DNA of 64,000 bases, from positions 57,299 through 121,298 of the IMG/VR virus record IMGVR_UViG_2930578203_000001. The stretch is one strand, 5' to 3'. This DNA is from a virus. Taxonomy: Duplodnaviria > Caudoviricetes. The number at the start of each line of letters is the position of its first letter. Within the stretch, counting starts at the first letter, position 1. Below, piece by piece: positions 57,711 through 64,000 of the stretch. The position numbers were made by a program, and so were the translations under genes. Below the pieces are notes generated by a model. The model made no database searches. It worked only from the letters and a program-made list of their open reading frames with translations, and had not been told where the DNA came from.

Positions 57711-58763
57711 ATGACCGTCAGCATCATCTCCCGTACAACCTGGGGCGCGAAGCCCTGGAACGGCACCCCGGCCACCGTTTCCCTGACGAAGCGAAGCGAG
57801 TTCTTCGTCCACTACGACGGCGGCGCCCATATCACCCGCACCGGCTACGCGATCATGCGCGCCATCGAGGCCGAGCACCTCGGCAACGGGTGGAGCGGTG
57901 TGGGCTACAACTTCGTCGTTGACCAGGCCGGGAACATCTACGAGGGCCGCGGCTGGACGCTCCAGGGCGCCCACTGCCCCAACCACAACACCACCGGCAT
58001 CGGCGTCCAGATCGCCATCGGCGGCGACCAGGAGCCCAGCGCCAAGGCCCTGGCTGCGTGCCGCGCGCTGTACGAGGAGGCGTGCAAGAAGACCGGCCGC
58101 ACGCTGGCCAAGAAGGGCCACCGGGACGGGTTCGCTACCGCCTGCCCCGGCACCAAGTTGTACGCGTGGGTGAAGGCGGGCATGCCGGCCGGGGACTACG
58201 CGCCCGCCCCGAACCCGGGCGGCTCCCTCCCCAGCGGCGGCACCGAGGTCTCCCGCGCCCAGGTCACCATCAACGGCCTGGTCTACGGCTACGGCGCCAA
58301 GGGCAACCACGTCACCAAGGTCGGCCAGGCCCTGGAGAAGCGAGGGTTCGGCAAGCACTACACGTCGGGCCCCGGCCCCACCTGGACGGACGCGGACACC
58401 AAGAACTACCAGGAGTTCCAGAAGTCGTTGGGCTACAGCGGCGCGGCCGCGGACGGTGTCCCCGGCGAGGCCTCCCTCAAGGAGCTGCTGGGCATCCTGC
58501 CCGGCAAGGTCACCGCGAAGCCCGCGCCGCCGTTCCCCGGCGTCGACAAGTTCGGCCCCGGCAAGAGCAATGCGTCCGTCACTCTGCTCGGGCAGCAGCT
58601 CGTTCGAAAGGGCTACGGCAAGCACTACACCTCCGGCCCCGGACCGAAGTGGGGCGAGGCGGACCGACTGAACGTCCGCGACTTCCAGCTCGCCCACAAG
58701 GAGCTGGCGGGCGACGCCGACGGGATTCCCGGGCCGAAGACCTGGCAGCTCCTGTTCTCCTGA
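57711..58763 (+). CDS. Endolysin: amidase_2 (PGRP-like) plus two peptidoglycan-binding repeats
   Basis: IISRTTWGA, FVHY, GWSGVGYNFVV..IYEGRGW...GAH, GHRD..TACPG; duplicated GKHYTSGPGP.W...ADG.PG. Confidence 0.93.
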   Translation: MTVSIISRTTWGAKPWNGTPATVSLTKRSEFFVHYDGGAHITRTGYAIMRAIEAEHLGNGWSGVGYNFVVDQAGNIYEGRGWTLQGAHCPNHNTTGIGVQIAIGGDQEPSAKALAACRALYEEACKKTGRTLAKKGHRDGFATACPGTKLYAWVKAGMPAGDYAPAPNPGGSLPSGGTEVSRAQVTINGLVYGYGAKGNHVTKVGQALEKRGFGKHYTSGPGPTWTDADTKNYQEFQKSLGYSGAAADGVPGEASLKELLGILPGKVTAKPAPPFPGVDKFGPGKSNASVTLLGQQLVRKGYGKHYTSGPGPKWGEADRLNVRDFQLAHKELAGDADGIPGPKTWQLLFS

Positions 58764-58823
58764 CCGTTCCGTCCCGGCCGGGCCGCACCAGCGGGCCGGC
58801 CCCGTCCCTGAAAGGCCCTGTCA

Positions 58824-59279
58824 GTGGCAGGCGAATCCGTCATCACAGTCATCGGCAATCTGGTCGACGACCCCGAACTTCGCTTCACTCCCTCCGGCGC
58901 CGCCGTCGCGAAGTTCCGCGTCGCCTCAACTCCCCGCACCTTCGACCGGCAGACCAACGAGTGGAAGGATGGCGAGAGCCTCTTCCTGACCTGTGCTGTG
59001 TGGCGCCAGGCTGCCGAGAACGCCGCCGAATCCCTGCAGCACGGTATGCGCGTCATCGTTCAGGGGCGCCTCAAGCAGCGGTCCTACGAGGACCGTGAGG
59101 GCGTCAAGCGCACTGTGTTCGAGCTGGACGTCGAGGAGGTCGGCGCGAGCCTGCGCAACGCCACGGCGAAGGTCACCAAGACCGGAGGCAGCGCGCAGCG
59201 TCCGGCGGCCGCGGCGCATGGGCGGCCCGCTGCCGATGACCCGTGGGCAGGCCCAGCGCCCGACGATCCGCCGTTCTGA
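58824..59279 (+). CDS. ssb: Single-stranded DNA-binding protein
   Basis: [28 protein letters not shown]...; C-terminal DDPPF. Confidence 0.95.
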   Translation: MAGESVITVIGNLVDDPELRFTPSGAAVAKFRVASTPRTFDRQTNEWKDGESLFLTCAVWRQAAENAAESLQHGMRVIVQGRLKQRSYEDREGVKRTVFELDVEEVGASLRNATAKVTKTGGSAQRPAAAAHGRPAADDPWAGPAPDDPPF

Positions 59280-59291
59280 CCGACACGCACT

Positions 59292-59325
59292 CGAGGGGCC
59301 CCGGGCTGATATCCGGGGCCCCTCG
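59292..59325. terminator. Hairpin between convergent genes
   Basis: CGAGGGGCCCCGG...CCGGGGCCCCTCG. Confidence 0.7.
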
Positions 59326-59332
59326 GGCTTGT

Positions 59333-60847
59333 TCAGGCTGCGGCGACGGTCCAGGCGGAGTCCAGGATTAACAGGTCGCCGTCGTCGGCCTGGTCCGTGG
59401 TGTCCGCGGGCGGAGTTGCTGCCTGCCCGGGAGGCACGGCGCCTTCTGTAGGCGTTTCGACAGGGGCGGGCGTGTCCTCGACGGGAGCGGTCGGCGTCTC
59501 CTCCACCGGGTCGGTGGCCGGAGGGTCCGACGACTCCGGGACCGTGGGGATCGTCTCTGCGGGAGCCTCGCTCGGCGTCGTGTCCCCGGTGGACGGCTCC
59601 GTCGGGTCCGTCGGGGTGCTCGGCTCCGTCGACGGGGTGGCGGTCGTGGGAGCTGGCGACGTCGTAGTCGGCTGTGTCCCTTCTGTGCTCTCAGTCGGTG
59701 TGGAATCCGGGCGGCCGTCCACCACAGGCCCAACCGGGGGCTCCATGTCCGGAGTGTGCACAGGCACGGACACCACCGGCGGCTGATCAAGACCCGCAGC
59801 GATCGCCGCGATATCGTCGCCGCCCGTGACCCACGGGGCGGTGGTTTGGACACCGAGCACTGACTGCGCGGCCAGGAGAACAGATTCATCGACCGGTGCG
59901 CTTTTCGGCGCGTACAGGATGGTCTCCACGTCCTGTCTGTCCAGCCCCAACGTACCTAGGGTGAGAGCTGCCAGACGAGGCGGGAGCGGCGCCGCCAAGC
60001 CCGACGCGTTCGCTTTCGCCGACGGGTCGACTTCCGTGTCTTGGATCAAGTCCGTGTACTCCGACAACCGCCCCTTGTCCGTGCCCCAGAGCACGTACCG
60101 GCCGGATCGCGAGAGATTGGGGTACAGCTCGGTCGTACCGTCTTGCCGGACCCACGTCTCCGCATAGTCCTTGTCTGCGAAGATCCTCAGCCCTATGCGC
60201 TCTGAGCCGTACGAGAAGGTGAAGATCGTGCTGTCCGGTCCGATGGCCGCCTTGCTTGCCATCACCATGCCGTCAGCGTCCGTGCACTCTGCTTCGAGAT
60301 TGGCGATCGGCTTGCAGTCGATCTGGCCAGCATTGGAGAAGTCCAGAAACTCCGGGCCGATGAACGGCTTCGCCGAGGACTGCCCGGCCGAAGCACCGGA
60401 AGGACTCGGCGACGAGTCCGGTGAACTCGCTGAGGTTCCTGCTGGGCTACCGGCGGTGAGGTAGCCCAGCGCCCAACTGCCTGCGAGCGCAGGCACCAAC
60501 GCTGCAGCAACAACCCACCGCCTCGCTCGGCCGCGCAGGCGTCCGGGCTGGAGGGGCTCGTCGGGCGTGGGGGTGATGTCGAGTGGTGGAGCTGACTTGA
60601 CGGTTTCCAGCAGTTCACCGAAGTCCTTGAACTCCGGGTGCTCACGGACCATGCGTTCGACCTGCTCCAGTGGGAGATCAGGCAATGCAGAACGCACCTG
60701 CCGTACGGCTGAGTCGAAGCTCTGGGGCTTCAAGAAGAGGAGGCGTTCACCTCCCAGGTTGACAAGGCCCAGGTCGGTGAGATCTGCGTCGTCCTCGTCC
60801 TCGGGGGTCAGGATGTGGATTCGGACGGGAGGCTGTGACTCGGTCAA
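59333..60847 (-). CDS. Single-pass membrane protein with extracytoplasmic domain and P/T/E-rich tail (candidate anti-sigma/sensor)
   Basis: RARRWVVAAALVPALAGSWALGY TM; two Cys in the outer domain; last gene of the sigma operon. Confidence 0.7.
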   Translation of the reverse strand: MTESQPPVRIHILTPEDEDDADLTDLGLVNLGGERLLFLKPQSFDSAVRQVRSALPDLPLEQVERMVREHPEFKDFGELLETVKSAPPLDITPTPDEPLQPGRLRGRARRWVVAAALVPALAGSWALGYLTAGSPAGTSASSPDSSPSPSGASAGQSSAKPFIGPEFLDFSNAGQIDCKPIANLEAECTDADGMVMASKAAIGPDSTIFTFSYGSERIGLRIFADKDYAETWVRQDGTTELYPNLSRSGRYVLWGTDKGRLSEYTDLIQDTEVDPSAKANASGLAAPLPPRLAALTLGTLGLDRQDVETILYAPKSAPVDESVLLAAQSVLGVQTTAPWVTGGDDIAAIAAGLDQPPVVSVPVHTPDMEPPVGPVVDGRPDSTPTESTEGTQPTTTSPAPTTATPSTEPSTPTDPTEPSTGDTTPSEAPAETIPTVPESSDPPATDPVEETPTAPVEDTPAPVETPTEGAVPPGQAATPPADTTDQADDGDLLILDSAWTVAAA

Positions 60848-60887
60848 GACTGACCCCAGGTGCCGCGGCCCCCCGAAATTGCGTTGC

Positions 60888-61274
60888 TCAACTCTGGCGG
60901 TCTCTTTCCTTGCTGTTCAAGATGCTGGCGATGCGGGCGCGCGTCTTCTCGGCACGCTCGGGCGTGATGTCTTCGATGTCGGTGAGGATGAGCTGACCGC
61001 CATCAGGCAGTTCAATCTCCTCACGATGGAGCTCCGGCTCGTCCAGGCCGTCTCCTGATCCGGCGTCCTCCCGTATCTCCTGCGGGTTCTGGACGCGTGC
61101 GAATTCTCGGAGCATCGCTTCCCTGGTGGCGCGCACCCTCGAAGGGCTACGTCGATTGCCGGGCCGCAACGCTCGCGCGGCGGCCAGCATCTGGCGGGTC
61201 TCCTCATCGTGAGGGGTGGGCCCGCCTTCCAGCGCCCGCTCCAAGCGCTCGCTCTGGTCAGCGCGTCGCGACAT
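60888..61274 (-). CDS. Small protein overlapping the sigma gene end (candidate anti-sigma)
   Basis: MSRRADQSERLERALEG...MLAAARALRP...REAML; overlaps the sigma stop. Confidence 0.65.
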   Translation of the reverse strand: MSRRADQSERLERALEGGPTPHDEETRQMLAAARALRPGNRRSPSRVRATREAMLREFARVQNPQEIREDAGSGDGLDEPELHREEIELPDGGQLILTDIEDITPERAEKTRARIASILNSKERDRQS

Positions 61275-61926
61275 GCGCCCTCGCCTCTCGTGTCTCTACC
61301 CGTGTTCCGACAACTCTTTTCCTGCCCCCGGCTGCGGTCAGCAGCTCCTCGATCAGCTGGGAGGAAGACTCGCCCTCCGGCATCACCTCGGCAAGTTTGC
61401 GCAGGGCCCGCACCGTAAGGGTACGGACAGCGCCGTCCGTCTTCCCCATGATCTCCGCAGTCTGCCCAGGGGTAAGCCCGTCGAAGAAGCGCAGGATCAG
61501 GACCTCACGCTGCACGGGACGCAGTTTGTGCATGCGCGCGGCAACGGCCTGAGCCAGTGCACGCCGTTCGGCGTGTTCTTCCGGGCTCTGGTCGAAGCGC
61601 GGCCGGTCGAGTTCAAGGTGGTCGGCGTACAGCACCTCCGCGGGGCGCCGCTGCACCGAGCGTAGGTAGTCCAGCGCGGTGTTCTTCGTGATTGTGCGCA
61701 GCCAGGCCAACAGGCTTGTACCCGAGCGGTACTTGCCGATGTTCTGCGCGACCTTCAGCCACACTTCCTGGCACAGGTCTTCCGCGACGTGCCCGTCCCG
61801 GATGTACCGCCGCACCCAGTGGTACACGGTGTCATTGAGTTCGTCGTACAACGCCGCCATGGCGTCGGCCCCGTCTTCTCCGCCTGCTGCGGCGCGTCCG
61901 ACCAGAGCCTCCAGAATGTCGGTCAC
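61258..61926 (-). CDS. ECF sigma factor, BldN-like
   Basis: AEDLCQEVWLK, LLAWLRTITKNTALDYLR (region 2); QREVLILRFFDGL...TAEIMGKTDGAVRTLTVRALRKL (region 4). Confidence 0.9.
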   Translation of the reverse strand: MTDILEALVGRAAAGGEDGADAMAALYDELNDTVYHWVRRYIRDGHVAEDLCQEVWLKVAQNIGKYRSGTSLLAWLRTITKNTALDYLRSVQRRPAEVLYADHLELDRPRFDQSPEEHAERRALAQAVAARMHKLRPVQREVLILRFFDGLTPGQTAEIMGKTDGAVRTLTVRALRKLAEVMPEGESSSQLIEELLTAAGGRKRVVGTRVETREARAHVATR

Positions 61927-62297
61927 GGCGTGATATCCCCCCAAGCCGATGCTGCGTTTATCAGCTACAGCGCCACACTCGGGCACACCCCCATGGTCTC
62001 CCCACCAACGGACGATCACGTTCCGAGGCGGCGCTGATGCAGCATAACCAATCTTTTGCGAACCGCATCGAACAGGCCTGCGATGACTCGGGACGCTCAA
62101 GCACCCGGTGCGGGCGTGCACCGAGGGAGCAACTTGGGCGGGCTGATCCGTCGACAAACCCTTGTCAGCACGCCCAAGACCGCTGCTGAGGTCGACAACA
62201 TCCGAGAGGCTCAGCCGACGATCCAACCGACGCCATCCAAGGCGGACGCCACCCCGCAGCGACCTCACCGTGCGGCCGGCGCGTTGGGATTCCCACG

Positions 62298-62326
62298 GGT
62301 GTAACAGATTCCGCTGATCGACGTAC
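62298..62326 (+). promoter_or_regulatory. ECF-type promoter upstream of the excisionase
   Basis: GGTGTAAC-N16-CGTAC. Confidence 0.65.
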
Positions 62327-62409
62327 TTACCGGTGCCGGGCCGAACGGAACCGGCTCCATCCGGCCGGAACGGTTTGCCGGGGGACACCACGAGTGGACG
62401 AGGACGACT

Positions 62410-62595
62410 ATGGCCCGCGGCGGTTCCAACGTATTGCTGAGCTTCGAGACGATTGCCGAGCGGATGGAACTCACAAAGCGCACGGTGCTCGACAACTACC
62501 GGAGTTGGGATATCCCCGTCGTGCGCATCAGTGATCGGATACTCCGCGTCCGGGAGCGCGATTTCGAGGCATGGCTCGACGCCCGTACGGAGTGA
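62410..62595 (+). CDS. xis: Excisionase (MerR-like HTH)
   Basis: LLSFETIAERMELTKRTV...VVRISDRILRVRERDFEAWL, upstream of int. Confidence 0.8.
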   Translation: MARGGSNVLLSFETIAERMELTKRTVLDNYRSWDIPVVRISDRILRVRERDFEAWLDARTE

Positions 62596-62761
62596 AATCC
62601 CCAGCGCCGCGCGGGCGTTATTGCCGCGAATAGAAGGGGCACAACCAACCGTTCCGCCTCCCGCTCGACGGCTTGACCGGCCATGGCTAAGCCTGCGTAC
62701 AGTCCGACTCCCCTGGCCAGGGAGTCACCCGAGAACCAACCAAGATCGCGAGAGGCGTCCC

Positions 62762-64000
62762 GTGGCACGCAAGCCCACTGTGTATAAGCGGTGCGATTGC
62801 TCCGACCAGAACAGGCCCAAGAAAGGCGGATGCGGCCATAGCTGGTCTTACAACCGCACGACCGACGCGGGTAACCGCACACGGGCAACGATTCCCGACT
62901 CCGTCGGGCTGACCCAGGCCCAAGCACAGGCCATTCTCGACGGAATGACTCCAGGCGTGGCGCCCGAGCCCGTCGAAACGAACCTCACCTTCAAACAGTG
63001 GTCGGCCGACTGGCTCAGTAGGCGCCGCGCCAAGGAGATCAGCGTCCAGGGCTACGAGTCAGCCGTCCGCGTGCACCTCAATCCCCGCTGGGGTAGGCAA
63101 CGCCTACGGACCATCAAGAAGGCCCAGGTCGAAGCCTGGGTTCAGGAGATGGAGGCCAACAAGCGCATCGCCAACTCCACGGCGGATGGCCACTGGAAGG
63201 TCTTCAAGATGATCCTCAAGGATGCCCTCCAGAACGGAAAGATCGCCTCGAACCCCACTTACGAGGTCGATGGGCCCTACGTAGAAGCGTCGACCTCGTA
63301 CGTCTTCAGCGCGGACGAGTGCTGGGCGATCTACGACGAGTTCCCCAAGCACTACCGCCCCATCCCCATGCTCGGTTTCGCCTGCGGCCTTCGGCAGGGG
63401 GAGGCGCTCGCTGTGTGCGACGACGTCATCGACACCGACGGAAAGCTACTCACCGTTCGTCGACAGGTACTCAGGACCAAGGAGAGTGGCTACAGCCCCA
63501 CCCTCGTGGACCGCCTCAAGACGAGCCCGCGCCTCAACACGAAGAATGTGCCGATCCCTCCGTACCTCCAGGACGTTTTGGACGAGTACATGGAGTGGCG
63601 CCCGCCGCGCCCAACAGCGAACGTCCTGTGGGAGCACAAGAAGACGATCACCGAATGTAAGCGCGGCTCGGTACAGGCACTCTTCTGGACGCGGCGCGGG
63701 AACCTCGTCTGCCGAAACCACTTCAACGACGACGCGTGGAAGCCCACGCTGCTGAAGCTCGGCATCAAGGACGAGGAGGGAAACCTTCCGACCTTCCATG
63801 ACCTCCGGCACACCTTCATCTCCACGTGCCTTCAGAACGGGATCCCCGAGCACACTGTGGCCGCGTGGGTGGGCGACACCGTCGAGGAGCTGCGCCGTAC
63901 GTATAGCCACCTCCTGAGGGACCATGCCGATACCCACGGCGCGATAGCCGCCGGCCTGACCGCACGGCCGAAGCCGACCCTCGTACGCGCCGCGGCGTGA
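62762..64000 (+). CDS. int: Tyrosine recombinase/integrase
   Basis: CGLRQGEAL (R), LKT (K), FHDLRH (HxxR), RTYSH (Y); SAM-like N-terminal part. Confidence 0.93.
   Translation: MARKPTVYKRCDCSDQNRPKKGGCGHSWSYNRTTDAGNRTRATIPDSVGLTQAQAQAILDGMTPGVAPEPVETNLTFKQWSADWLSRRRAKEISVQGYESAVRVHLNPRWGRQRLRTIKKAQVEAWVQEMEANKRIANSTADGHWKVFKMILKDALQNGKIASNPTYEVDGPYVEASTSYVFSADECWAIYDEFPKHYRPIPMLGFACGLRQGEALAVCDDVIDTDGKLLTVRRQVLRTKESGYSPTLVDRLKTSPRLNTKNVPIPPYLQDVLDEYMEWRPPRPTANVLWEHKKTITECKRGSVQALFWTRRGNLVCRNHFNDDAWKPTLLKLGIKDEEGNLPTFHDLRHTFISTCLQNGIPEHTVAAWVGDTVEELRRTYSHLLRDHADTHGAIAAGLTARPKPTLVRAAA

Larger units (their letters stand above)
1..64000. mobile_element. Prophage (HK97-fold siphovirus-like, actinobacterial/Streptomyces host), truncated on the left within the portal gene; att sites not visible
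   Basis: Contiguous head, tail, lysis, replication, xis and int modules; SSB closely resembles actinobacterial SsbA. Confidence 0.95.

Noticed and set aside
61927-62391. N-terminal extension of the sigma ORF (377 aa in the track)
   Set aside because: Similarity starts at GTG 61926 after a GGGGG SD; upstream sequence contains the divergent promoter region. A BldN-like pro-sequence cannot be fully excluded
62673-62703. Housekeeping-type promoter TTGACC...TACAGT before int
   Set aside because: Spacer is 19 bp, longer than typical; insufficient support
63865-63880. Integrase inactivation because VGD replaces the usual LGH
   Set aside because: Other catalytic residues (R, K, HxxR, Y) are intact and this position varies among tyrosine recombinases
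1-64000. tRNA/rRNA genes, att sites, diversity-generating retroelement
   Set aside because: No cloverleaf, rRNA, reverse transcriptase or template/variable repeat pair recognised by eye; att sites likely lie outside the window

Overview
The whole window is a high-GC, probably Streptomyces, siphovirus-type prophage. It runs from the middle of the portal gene (left edge) to the stop codon of a tyrosine integrase (right edge). Gene order: portal-MuF fusion; a ~5,680-aa polyvalent protein (DarB-like N6 methyltransferase plus SNF2 helicase); an HK97 prohead protease-NUDIX fusion; major capsid; head-tail and tail genes with a -1 frameshifted chaperone; tape measure, Dit, Tal, tail fibre, holin; a leftward replication/recombination operon; ParB-like and TerS-like genes; endolysin; SSB; a BldN-like ECF sigma cassette; xis and int. 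The most notable observations are: (1) a low-GC three-gene operon behind the capsid gene encoding an Enzyme-I-like PEP phosphotransferase, a receiver-domain/2TM protein and a thymidylate-kinase-like protein, a candidate new defence or signalling system; (2) a TnpV-like gene overprinted inside the giant ORF; (3) a BldN-like sigma with two matching GGTGTAACA-N15-CGTAC promoters in front of xis and the replication operon, and no recognisable cI; (4) a fixed-spacing late-promoter-like motif in 13 copies; (5) an ~800-bp array of about 30-35 GCGCGC palindromes with a 21-bp inverted repeat; (6) shared peptide motifs suggesting the giant protein is packaged in the head. All family assignments come from motif recognition by eye; no database searches were run.
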